NCBI GenBank assembly: GCA_023459875.1
Contig: JAEWRY010000028.1
Coordinates: 1 to 64,000 of the forward strand
Origin: Bacillota bacterium
GTDB lineage: Bacteria; Bacillota; Clostridia; Oscillospirales; Oscillospiraceae
Direction of reading: 5' to 3'
Length of the DNA: 64,000 nt
Shown in pieces: positions 55,580 to 64,000 of this stretch (its first letter is position 1; every line of letters begins with the position of its first letter). The notes beneath the pieces were generated by a model that saw nothing but the letters and a program-made list of their open reading frames with translations, did not search any database and was not told the origin of the DNA. Position numbers and translations under genes: made by a program.

Positions 55580-56545
55580 ATGCAGCAAACGGAATTGGGG
55601 GGACTTGAAAAGCGCCTCGTCAAGCTGGAAAAAAGCTTGGCGGGGCTAAGACGCGCGGCCCAGCGGGGCTGTCCTCTGAGCACTACATTGGACGATATCG
55701 ACCGGGAACTTATTGAAATGAGTAAGTTCCTGAAAAGCGTTAAGGAGAGTAACGAAAACAGAACGAATCAGGAGTATGACAAGGTAGCGGCGCTGTTTAA
55801 AAGAGTCCGTGACGAATTGGAATCCATAGCGGACGTTCAGGAAAGCGCGGATCAGGGGATTACGCTTACCAGCAGCGACAAAATCCCCAGCTTCATCTAT
55901 CGCTTGTCATCCCGTTTCCCTAGGTTTTGGAAGGCGTTTGAGTATATTACGGCGGCACTTGGAATTGCTATGGTACCGTTCAGCATTTGGTTCATGACTT
56001 ATCTCATTGCTTTTTGGAGGCTTCCGTTCCTGCCATGGCAGAGCGGGATGTTTTCCGGATTAAATATGGCGGGCTTTGCAGTCGGCTTTTTAATTGCGGC
56101 TGTTTTTCACGAGGGCGCTCACGGCATTGTTCTCGCAAACAACGGAATAAAGATCAGGCGGGTCGGCGCGGTGATCGGTCTTCTTGTGGGCGGCATGGTG
56201 GAAGCTGACGAGGAAACTTTTGAAAAGGCCGATCCAAAGGTGAAATTGCGTTTCAACGCGGCCAGTATCGGCAACAACGCGCTTATCGCCATCTTACTTG
56301 AACTGCTGTGGGTGGTTTCACGCGTTGATTTTTTTGCGTTCATGGCCATAGGCGATCTGGTCTTCGGAGTCATGAATTCCATGCCGGTCAGTCCCAAGGA
56401 CGGCGGTTGGGTTTACGACGATCTTGTGGATATGTATCTGCACAGCGATGGCCTCAAAAAGGCGGCGTCCTCCGTCCGCTTTATACTGCTCATCGGTTGG
56501 GTCGTTCTTTTGGCTTGGGCAGGCTTTGCAAAGGCATTAGGCTAG
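55580..56545 (+). CDS. Site-2-protease (M50)-like intramembrane metalloprotease with an N-terminal coiled-coil cytoplasmic domain.
   Basis: HExxH in a TM segment (AAVFHEGAHGIVLA) plus the downstream S2P second motif N-x2-P-x2-P-x-DGG (MNSMPVSPKDGGW). Confidence 0.55.
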   Translation: MQQTELGGLEKRLVKLEKSLAGLRRAAQRGCPLSTTLDDIDRELIEMSKFLKSVKESNENRTNQEYDKVAALFKRVRDELESIADVQESADQGITLTSSDKIPSFIYRLSSRFPRFWKAFEYITAALGIAMVPFSIWFMTYLIAFWRLPFLPWQSGMFSGLNMAGFAVGFLIAAVFHEGAHGIVLANNGIKIRRVGAVIGLLVGGMVEADEETFEKADPKVKLRFNAASIGNNALIAILLELLWVVSRVDFFAFMAIGDLVFGVMNSMPVSPKDGGWVYDDLVDMYLHSDGLKKAASSVRFILLIGWVVLLAWAGFAKALG

Positions 56546-57119
56546 CTAGGAAGGACTGAGTGTGCGGATTTGTATATCCGCATTTGTACTACAATCAAAG
56601 GAAAGAGAATGTATTAATGAAATGGAACCTTATTCAGGTTTTATTTCATTGATACATTCTTTGCTTTTTGTGTACTTAGCTGGACATGCCGTCTGCCGGC
56701 GATAAAAGGCAATCGGCTGAGCGGATTTGCCGTATGCAGATTACAAATGACAAGGTGATTCGACAGAGCGTTTATTGAATTGACAATATCGAAACCGCTC
56801 GAATATTGTCGGAAATAAAATATGGACAATTCTGGAAAACTAAAGTATACTTTATTAAAAATGTTAATACGGTCTTAGGCGGCTGAAGAGTTACTCCCAA
56901 CCAACTTATGGCACAGTTGCTTAACGGTAGTGATGCAAATCGAAAATCGGTCGGGTTATCCGGGCCTTTTTTGGAGTATCATTCGGTTGCACACAGATTT
57001 TGAAAGCAGAAATGCCAATAGGTGTTTGCTGCTTTATTTATTTTTACTTGCTCATTTATAGAAGAAACTAAAATGTGCCGATATGGAGAAAGAATGGCTA
57101 TGAAAACTGAAGTATTGAT

Positions 57120-58931
57120 ATGATGAAGATATTAAGGGTTGCGGCCGCCCTGTTCCTGGCCGTAATGACAGCCACGGTTGCATTGTTTTTCGGCATGAGA
57201 TCGCAGACGGAGAAATACGTGTTGCACGAACTGTACCAAACCGCCGACACTTATAAAAAAGCTGTCGAAACTCAAATGGAAAAACGGATGCAGGAACTCA
57301 AAGGCATTGCTGACGGTTTTGTTTTGCAGAACCCGGGCGACGAAGAAGAAATACGTGCCAATCTCTCTCGCGTAGGCGCGAACAACGGTGGTTTTATGGA
57401 GATCGACTTTGTCATGCCGGACGGGGAGATTGTGACGCGAAGCAGGACGGGAAACACTCTGACGGAGGACTTTTCAAAGAAGGAGTATTTTCAGCAGGCC
57501 TTGCATGGGACAAGTGCTGTCCAAAAAGGCAAGGATGACCCCCCGGGTGTTTTCAGCTTTGCGGTTCCAATCGTAAAAAACAGCGCCGTGGTAGGCGTTC
57601 TCACCGGGACGCATGACATTCAGCTGGATAATATTCTTTCCCTCCCGTCTTATAAAGGCGCCGGGTATGTGAATATTATGGATGACGCCGGCGCTTTTCT
57701 CGTTCGGCTCGGCGGACCGAATCTGAGCGGAAGCGAAAAGACAATGGAAGACCTTGGTTTTGCCGATTCGGGCGTGTTTGAACAGGTAAAACAGAACCTC
57801 GCAGAACGGAAAAGCGGAACTTACATATTTAAGGACAAGTCCGGGAATAAAATGTTCGCCGTATATACGCCGAGTGAATTTGACGGATGGAATATTCAGT
57901 GCGTGATTTCCGCCGGTTACGTGTACGAGAGATTTGCCTCAGTTTCGCGGGGACCGCTGTTCTTTTTCGGAGCAACTCTCTTTCTGTTTTTTGCCCTTAC
58001 ATTAATTTTAATTTGGCGAACATACAAAAACCGTTTTGAAAGAGGCGTGCAAACGGAGCGGTATCTTATCCTGGAAGAGACCGCTCACGATCTCCTGTTC
58101 AAATATACGCCGCAGACCGACTCTTTCGATTATTCTTATCTGTCAGCCGACGGACAAATGGTCAAGGGGCATTATGACTCCTATCTGTCCGATGGGAAGT
58201 TTATAGAAATGATTCACGCGGCCTCCTGCGCTGTCTGGGAGAAGACGCTTACTATGGCCGCTGCGCGCCCGATGCGGGTGACGGTTGAATTTCTGCCGAA
58301 GAATATTGCCAATGGGTGCGAATGGCATCTTGGAACCTTCCAAAGCGTGGCGGATGAAAACGGGCAGGTCGTCAGCGTATTTGGCCGGGGTGAAAATATT
58401 CATCCCATTGTGGAGACGCGGAATAACGCGATTTGTCAGGCCACAATGGATAAAATGACCGGAATCAGCAACAAGTCGGCGGTGGAGGAAAGAATCACGC
58501 AGATCCTTACGGACTGCGGAGATGCCTGCTGCGCGCTCCTTATGATCGATCTGGACGATTTCAAAGCCATCAACGACCAGTATGGGCATATCGCCGGGGA
58601 CAGAGCGCTTAAAAATTTTGCACGGCTCTTGCAGCGGGTATTCTCCGCTGAGGACGTCATCGGCCGGTTTGGCGGCGATGAGTTTGTGGTCTTTATGCAG
58701 AATATCTCACGGGAAAACGTGTGGAAAAGAGTCGAGCAATTCCGGCGCCTGCTGGTCGAACAGCAGAGAGACAGCGCGTTTGTCATGACCTGCAGTATAG
58801 GCATCCTGTACTCGGAGAAGGGCATAGATTCTTTTGAAACCTTACTTAGGAGTGCCGACGACGCAATGTACCATATTAAGAAAAACGGGAAAAACGGTTA
58901 CTATTTTCTGGATGCGAGCCAGTGTTCCTAG
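57120..58931 (+). CDS. Diguanylate cyclase with extracellular Cache-like sensor domain.
   Basis: N-terminal TM, periplasmic ~250-aa domain, second TM, GGDEF domain with RFGGDEF. Confidence 0.85.
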   Translation: MMKILRVAAALFLAVMTATVALFFGMRSQTEKYVLHELYQTADTYKKAVETQMEKRMQELKGIADGFVLQNPGDEEEIRANLSRVGANNGGFMEIDFVMPDGEIVTRSRTGNTLTEDFSKKEYFQQALHGTSAVQKGKDDPPGVFSFAVPIVKNSAVVGVLTGTHDIQLDNILSLPSYKGAGYVNIMDDAGAFLVRLGGPNLSGSEKTMEDLGFADSGVFEQVKQNLAERKSGTYIFKDKSGNKMFAVYTPSEFDGWNIQCVISAGYVYERFASVSRGPLFFFGATLFLFFALTLILIWRTYKNRFERGVQTERYLILEETAHDLLFKYTPQTDSFDYSYLSADGQMVKGHYDSYLSDGKFIEMIHAASCAVWEKTLTMAAARPMRVTVEFLPKNIANGCEWHLGTFQSVADENGQVVSVFGRGENIHPIVETRNNAICQATMDKMTGISNKSAVEERITQILTDCGDACCALLMIDLDDFKAINDQYGHIAGDRALKNFARLLQRVFSAEDVIGRFGGDEFVVFMQNISRENVWKRVEQFRRLLVEQQRDSAFVMTCSIGILYSEKGIDSFETLLRSADDAMYHIKKNGKNGYYFLDASQCS

Positions 58932-59238
58932 CTGCCGGAGAAGTCGTTGGGACTTCTTCGGCAGGATGCTTGCAAAAGAAATCGGCGCAAACTTTGCTGA
59001 TTGTATGTGCGGAAGTGTGCGGCTCTTAGGAGCCGCACAAAGTGTGTCTGCGGGAAATGAATTTTCGCAGACATATTTTATGATCTTTCCGTCACGCACG
59101 GTGGAAGCACCGCGACACAACTTATATTGGGAGCCGCCTTTTTGGTGGCTCCCTTTTCCTTCAACGATTGGGCTAAGGACAATCTGAAGAGGAATAGGAT
59201 ATAGAAGCTGAAAATTCTAGTTTGGAGGTGTGCCGCGC

Positions 59239-59934
59239 ATGATCACAGCCTGGCTTATGTTAATGCTGAACGGCCTCTATTTTACCCTGCGGTTGGGGGA
59301 CGGAGGCAGCTCCTTTCCCCGGCCCCTAAAAGCGGATGAGGAGCGGCGCTACCTGGAACGTCTCGCCGAGGGTGACTGGGATGCCAGAAACAAGCTCATT
59401 GAACATAACCTCCGCCTTGTGGCCCATATCATCAAAAAGTATTACACTCAGGCAGGAGGGCAGGACGATCTGATTTCCATCGGCACCATCGGCCTCATTA
59501 AAGGAGTGACAACCTTCCGCAGTGATAAGAACGTAAGACTCGCTACCTATGCCAGCCGGTGTATTGAAAATGAGATACTAATGTATTTCCGCAGCCAGAG
59601 AAAACTCCAGGGGGAAATTTCCCTCTCCGACTCCATAGATACCGACCAGGACGGGAACTCCTTATCCCTCATGGATGTCATCAGCGTCGACGACGATATG
59701 CTCGACAACCTGAACGCCCGGGAAGTGTGTCTCAAGGTTCGGCAGAGCGTGGAAAAATGTTTGAGCGGCAGGGAGGCCATGATTATCGGCCTGCGCTATG
59801 GACTGGACGGCGAACCCCCGCGGACTCAGAGAGAGGTGGCCGCACGCTGCGGAATATCCCGTTCCTATGTCTCCCGCATCGAGAAAAAAGCGCTTGAGAA
59901 GCTGCGGCTGGAACTGGAGCCAAGCGGACGCTGA
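59239..59934 (+). CDS. sigK: Sporulation sigma factor sigma-K (pro-sigma-K with N-terminal pro-sequence).
   Basis: Close match to SigK: ...ERRYLERLAEGDWDARNKLIEHNLRLVAHIIKKY...GISRSYVSRIEKKALEKL. GGAGGTG RBS. Confidence 0.9.
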   Translation: MITAWLMLMLNGLYFTLRLGDGGSSFPRPLKADEERRYLERLAEGDWDARNKLIEHNLRLVAHIIKKYYTQAGGQDDLISIGTIGLIKGVTTFRSDKNVRLATYASRCIENEILMYFRSQRKLQGEISLSDSIDTDQDGNSLSLMDVISVDDDMLDNLNAREVCLKVRQSVEKCLSGREAMIIGLRYGLDGEPPRTQREVAARCGISRSYVSRIEKKALEKLRLELEPSGR

Positions 59935-59989
59935 CTATAGAAATCAGAAGGGAATAGGCGGTAAAAAGGCGTGGAGCAGAGAATAATAA

Positions 59990-60022
59990 GCGAAAAGCAA
60001 CTGCTTTTCGCTTTTTGTTTTT
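59990..60022 (+). terminator. Intrinsic terminator after sigK.
   Basis: GCGAAAAGCA / TGCTTTTCGC stem followed by TTTTTGTTTTT. Confidence 0.8.
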
Positions 60023-60130
60023 GGGATGCGCTTCCGATTCGCGGGAAAATGCAAACCACTTGCAAAATGAGCCATTTGCTGATAAACTAAGCTTACAAGT
60101 TGCTCAAAGTTTTTCATATGGGGGTCTGCT

Positions 60131-61909
60131 ATGAAAAGCCAGTGGTTTAACAATATAAAAGTTGAGGATGTGATATCCACCTCCTTTTATACCGTGCCCG
60201 GAACCCTCACAATTGAAGAAGTATTCACAAAAATGAACAAAGAGAATGTGGAGGACATTCTGGTTACGGACGAGGAGGGGAAATTCCTTGGCCTGACCAC
60301 GAGAAAGCACCTGGATCTGGTGTTCGCCCAGAGCAGGATCGACTGTTCCGGCATGACGGTGGACAAGGCTATGATCGCGCAACCCATCGCCACTTTTCCA
60401 CAGGAAGATTTGAACGATGCCAGAAGAAAGATGCGCAGAGCCAAGGTCGGCAGACTGCCGGTGGTTGACGAGGACAAGATACCAAAGGGCATTCTCACTG
60501 CCGTGGAAGTGTGCACGGCATTTTCCGCGAAGCTGGAAGCCATGGGAAAACAGATGGAGACCGTCTTCAACACGGTTGAGGAAGCCATCATTCTCATTGA
60601 CGACGAGCAGAGGGTGCTTTACTGGAACACCGGCGCCGAAAAGATTTATGAGATCAAGCAGGAAGAAGTTACCGGCAAATTGATCGGAGAAGTAATAGCC
60701 AACAGCTTTGCACTCAAGGTTCTGAAAACCGGAAAGCCTGTTTATCACGAGTATGAGATCACCCCTTCCGGGAGGCATCTTCTGAAGAGCGGCATCCCGT
60801 ATTACCAGTATCCCGGCCGCCTTTGGGTGGTTTGCACCGCTCAGGACGTAACCCGTTTCGTGAACATTTTGAGCGAACTCAATCAGACACGGGACAAGAT
60901 TTCCGCGCTGGAGAAACAAAGCAACGCGGATGAAGCCAATATGGACCTCTTCGTGCGCACCAAGAGCAAGGCTTTCCATGAAGTCCTGGAAACCGCAAGG
61001 CTCCTGGCCCGTACTGATTCCACCGTTCTGATCCTGGGAGAAAGCGGTACCGGCAAGGAACTCATGTCCAGCACCATCCACAGCCTCAGCAACCGGCGGG
61101 ACAAGCCCTTTGTGGTCATCAACTGCGCGGCGATTCCCGAAAGCCTGTTTGAAAGCGAGCTCTTCGGCTACACCAAGGGGGCATTTACCGGAGCTTCCAA
61201 GGAAGGTATGCCGGGTAAATTCGAGTTGGCAAACGGCGGCACTCTCTTTTTGGACGAGATCGGCGAACTGTCTTTCGACATGCAGGCCAAGCTGCTCCGT
61301 GTCCTGCAGGAAAAGACCTTCTACCGCATCGGCGGCATCACCCCGGTGAACGCCAACACCCGGATTATCGCCGCAACCAACAAGGATTTATGGAAAATGG
61401 TTCAGGAGAGCAAGTTCAGAGAAGATCTCTTTTACCGTCTTAACGTGTTTAACCTGAGGATGCCCGCCCTGCGCCAGCGCCAGGAGGATATCCCGCCTCT
61501 CATTGAATACTATATCGACCAGTTCGCGAAGAAATACAACCTGGGTGCGCCTCTGATCTCTCCGGACGCCATGCGTTTTCTCATGGAATATGAGTGGCGG
61601 GGGAATATCCGCGAACTCAAGAATTTTGTGGAGCGCATTGTGGTATTCAGCCAGAACGAAACCGTCAGCAGGGAACAGGTCATTAAAATTATCCAGGGAG
61701 ATTCTCAGGTTGAAACTGCGTCGGACTCGGGAGAATCCGCGGCGGGGGAGAGCGGCGGCCTCAGCGATATTCTGGAAAGCAAGGAACGGGAAATTATCTC
61801 CGACCTGCTAAAAAAATATAACAACAATAAATCGGATGTGGCAAAAGCTTTAAATATTCCCAGAAGCACGCTGTACTACCGCATGAAATCACTGGGAATT
61901 GCTGACTGA
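60131..61909 (+). CDS. Sigma-54-dependent transcriptional activator (CBS pair, PAS, AAA+ sigma-54-interaction domain, Fis-type HTH).
   Basis: GESGTGKE Walker A, GAFTGA motif, C-terminal HTH. Confidence 0.9.
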   Translation: MKSQWFNNIKVEDVISTSFYTVPGTLTIEEVFTKMNKENVEDILVTDEEGKFLGLTTRKHLDLVFAQSRIDCSGMTVDKAMIAQPIATFPQEDLNDARRKMRRAKVGRLPVVDEDKIPKGILTAVEVCTAFSAKLEAMGKQMETVFNTVEEAIILIDDEQRVLYWNTGAEKIYEIKQEEVTGKLIGEVIANSFALKVLKTGKPVYHEYEITPSGRHLLKSGIPYYQYPGRLWVVCTAQDVTRFVNILSELNQTRDKISALEKQSNADEANMDLFVRTKSKAFHEVLETARLLARTDSTVLILGESGTGKELMSSTIHSLSNRRDKPFVVINCAAIPESLFESELFGYTKGAFTGASKEGMPGKFELANGGTLFLDEIGELSFDMQAKLLRVLQEKTFYRIGGITPVNANTRIIAATNKDLWKMVQESKFREDLFYRLNVFNLRMPALRQRQEDIPPLIEYYIDQFAKKYNLGAPLISPDAMRFLMEYEWRGNIRELKNFVERIVVFSQNETVSREQVIKIIQGDSQVETASDSGESAAGESGGLSDILESKEREIISDLLKKYNNNKSDVAKALNIPRSTLYYRMKSLGIAD

Positions 61910-61980
61910 TGATTCATAAATTGGAATGACAGAGACGGAACCTGCGTAACACAATTAAATTGCGTTTGCCGGTTCAAAAC

Positions 61981-62034
61981 GAAAACGACTGTCGAAAGCC
62001 TGACGAAATGTCAGGTTTTCGACAGTCGTTTTTG
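61981..62034 (+). terminator. Long-stem intrinsic terminator after the activator gene.
   Basis: GAAAACGACTGTCGAAA ... TTTCGACAGTCGTTTTT with an internal hairpin. Confidence 0.7.
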
Positions 62035-62141
62035 CAATAAATGATGAATAAAATAAGAAGGAAAATATTAACAAACTTCTCGTCCCCTTGTGGGCAAGGG
62101 TTACAGGGAAAAAGGGAAAAGCCTGTTTAATATGATCGGAT

Positions 62142-62157
62142 TGGCACAAAAATTGCT
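62142..62157 (+). promoter_or_regulatory. Sigma-54 promoter TGGCAC-N5-TTGCT.
   Basis: Exact -24/-12 consensus. 180 nt upstream of the CoA-transferase A start and just downstream of the sigma-54 activator gene. Confidence 0.7.
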
Positions 62158-62337
62158 TGTAAATAAGGCCAGTGTAGAATGTCGACTGTTTTACATGTGT
62201 TTAAGAGCGCCAATTCTGGCCCCCGGTGATCTCTTACGCAAAGATGGGGAACGCAGAAAAGGGATAGCCTTTAACAAGGGAAAACAGTCGGTGTTTTCAC
62301 GAAATAGCAGACCAATTTTTAGAAGGAGGGAAATTTG

Positions 62338-63327
62338 GTGCAAAATAAACTTATCTCCATGCAAGACGCAGTCAAGAAGTTCACCTGGGATGGCATGACC
62401 TATGCCCATGGCGGAGCGATTCCTGTCGGTTCCGACTCCATCGCCTTCGGTCGTGAGATGGTTCGTCAGGGCAGAAAGGACCTTAATTGCATTTCCAACT
62501 GCAATACTCAGCAGACCAACCTGCTGGCCGCTGTGGGTGCCATCAAGAGGATTGAAATCGGCTTCTCCGGCTTGGAAGTCTATGGTTTCGCCAATGGCCT
62601 CAAGCGCGCTGTCGAGTCCGGCAAGACCATCCTGGAGGACTACTCCAACGGTGGTATCCCGCTTCGTCTCCTGGGTGGCGCCATGAACTGGCCCTTCGTC
62701 CCCGCCTCCGCCAGCTACGGCAGCGATCAGCAGTGGTGCTGCGCGGACCGTCCTGACGAATATCCCTGCAAGACCAAGATCCCGGAGGTTGTCGATCCCT
62801 TCACCGGCAAGACCTTCGGCGTAATGTCCGTCCTTAAGCCCGATGTGGGCGTTATCCATGTGACCATGGCCGACATCTACGGCAATGCCATTATGCTTGG
62901 CACCGAGTGGAACCGCTATGAGCTGTCCCGCGCCGCCAAGAAGGTCGTCCTCCAGGCCGACTTCATCGTTGACACCGACTGCATGAAGCAGTATCCCAAC
63001 CTGGTCCGTATCCCCGGCGAGATCGTCGACGCCGTGGTGTATTGGCCCATGGGCGTGTGGCCCGCCTGCTCCGTCGGCGTGTACGACAGCGACGAGCAGC
63101 ACTTCAAGTATATGAACACCTGCCTGAAGACCGACGAGGGCACCAAGGAATACGTCGACAAGTTCGTTATGAGCTATAGTAACCGTAAAGAGTACCTGGC
63201 CATGATTGGCGAGGAGAAGATTAAGCAGCTGTGCACCAACCCCACCACCCACCTCATGGATCCTTACCGCAAGTGGATCAAGAGCGATGCTGAGGTTGAA
63301 AAGCTCGAAGCTGAAGGGAGGCAATAA
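62338..63327 (+). CDS. CoA-transferase subunit A (glutaconate/3-oxoacid CoA-transferase family); GTG start.
   Basis: AGAAGGAGGG RBS, spacing 7 to GTG. CoA-transferase family I alpha-subunit pattern. Confidence 0.75.
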   Translation: MQNKLISMQDAVKKFTWDGMTYAHGGAIPVGSDSIAFGREMVRQGRKDLNCISNCNTQQTNLLAAVGAIKRIEIGFSGLEVYGFANGLKRAVESGKTILEDYSNGGIPLRLLGGAMNWPFVPASASYGSDQQWCCADRPDEYPCKTKIPEVVDPFTGKTFGVMSVLKPDVGVIHVTMADIYGNAIMLGTEWNRYELSRAAKKVVLQADFIVDTDCMKQYPNLVRIPGEIVDAVVYWPMGVWPACSVGVYDSDEQHFKYMNTCLKTDEGTKEYVDKFVMSYSNRKEYLAMIGEEKIKQLCTNPTTHLMDPYRKWIKSDAEVEKLEAEGRQ

Positions 63328-63339
63328 TAATGGCTCTTG

Positions 63340-64000
63340 ATTATACAAAACAGGAATATATGGCCATTGCCACCGGCCGTGAGCTTCGCGACGGCGAGCT
63401 TGCCATCTTCGGCGTCGGCCTTTCCATGCTGGCCGGCTATTGGGCCATTAAGAACCACGCTCCCAACCTTCGCGCCTTCACCGAGGGCGGCGTGTTCGGT
63501 TCCTCCCCCGTGGGCGGCCTGCCCTGGGGCATTGAGGACAACCGCATTTCCGCCAACGCCACCAGCTTCACCAACGGCCTCGACGCCCTTATGTGCTTAG
63601 TGGCTTCCGGCAAGGTTGACTGCGGCATCATCGGCGCCGCTCAGGTCGATAAGTACGGCAACGTCAACACCACCGGTATTTGGAACGAGGATCCCTGGCA
63701 GGTCGGCAAGTACACCCTGCCCAAAGTCCGTCTGAACGGTTCCGGCGGCGCCAATGAAATCGCCGTGGGCTGCAAGCGCTACATTATCATGCCCTCCCAT
63801 GAGAAGAAGCGCTTCGCCGACAAGGTCAGCTACATTTCCACCCCCGGCTATCTGGGCGGCGGAAACGATCGTGACAAGTACAACTTCCCCGGCGGCGGCC
63901 CCTCCGCCATCGTCACCACCCTGGGCATCATGAGGCCCGATCCGATCACCAAGGAGTTCTATCTTGACGCTTATTTCGCTTATTCCAGCGTCGAAGAGAT
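63340..64000 (+). CDS. CoA-transferase subunit B, partial (runs off window end).
   Basis: MALDYTKQEYMAIATGRELRDGELAIFGVGLS... beta-subunit pattern. Frame open to the window end. Confidence 0.7.

Noticed and set aside
56905-56927. TGGCACagTTGC in the GGDEF-gene upstream region, resembling a sigma-54 promoter.
   Set aside because: Only 2 nt between TGGCAC and TTGC instead of 5, so the -24/-12 spacing is wrong.
1-64000. Search for CRISPR arrays, tRNA/rRNA genes, IS elements and integrases.
   Set aside because: No regularly spaced direct repeats, no tRNA-like cloverleaf candidates, and no transposase or integrase-like ORFs were recognised. The low-GC insertion has no associated mobility gene.

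Overview
This 64-kb window is high-GC, Firmicutes-like chromosomal DNA, probably from the Clostridia (an Oscillospiraceae-like sporeformer, since sigK is present). Genes are densely packed and mostly have strong GGAGG-type ribosome-binding sites.

The standout region is a roughly 15.8-kb minus-strand island at the left edge (about 1-15,900). At its core is a complete ubiquitin-like conjugation cassette:
- a beta-grasp Ubl candidate
- a small Zn-ribbon membrane protein
- a ThiF/MoeB-type E1 with a Cys-rich C-terminal domain
- a UBC-like E2 carrying an SPN...C active-site motif
- a JAB/MPN-like peptidase
- a transglutaminase-like cysteine protease

Flanking the cassette are:
- a giant (~1,650 aa) Ser/Thr-kinase-NACHT-pentapeptide-WD40 STAND protein
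- a PP2A-type phosphatase, an AAA+ ATPase and a YbjN-like protein
- an SPFH/band-7 protein, further membrane and Zn-ribbon proteins, and two large hypotheticals

A promoter-like motif (TTGAAGA-N3-TAGAGA-N10-TAnnnT-N2-3-ATCATCAGG) recurs three times, with a fourth, weaker copy, in front of successive gene blocks of the island. The motif suggests one co-regulated, Bil/Bub-like (bacterial ubiquitination-type) conflict system of unusual composition. One island ORF with a strong RBS (193..570) is missing from the supplied ORF track.

The rest of the window holds:
- a flavin-reductase-rubredoxin gene
- a low-GC (~35%) two-gene insertion encoding an Mrr-like nuclease-domain protein plus a Zn-ribbon protein, a candidate defence module
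- a myo-inositol-1-phosphate-synthase-containing sugar cluster (PfkB kinase, Gfo/Idh/MocA dehydrogenase, sugar ABC transporter, SIS, MFS, VOC)
- molybdenum cofactor biosynthesis (mogA, MOSC, moaA, moaC) and molybdate uptake (ModE-like regulator, MoeA-like, modABC)
- a TetR-controlled cluster (small membrane protein, SSS symporter, FMN reductase, acyl-CoA ligase, KAS-III-like, two MaoC dehydratases, NHL-repeat protein) with two matching palindromic operators
- asnB with a leader terminator (attenuator)
- two GGDEF proteins (one with GGDEV)
- cstA behind a sigma-54-type promoter
- an S2P/M50-like membrane protease and sigK
- a sigma-54 activator next to a sigma-54 promoter driving CoA-transferase A/B genes

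No rRNA, tRNA, CRISPR array or transposase/integrase was recognised.
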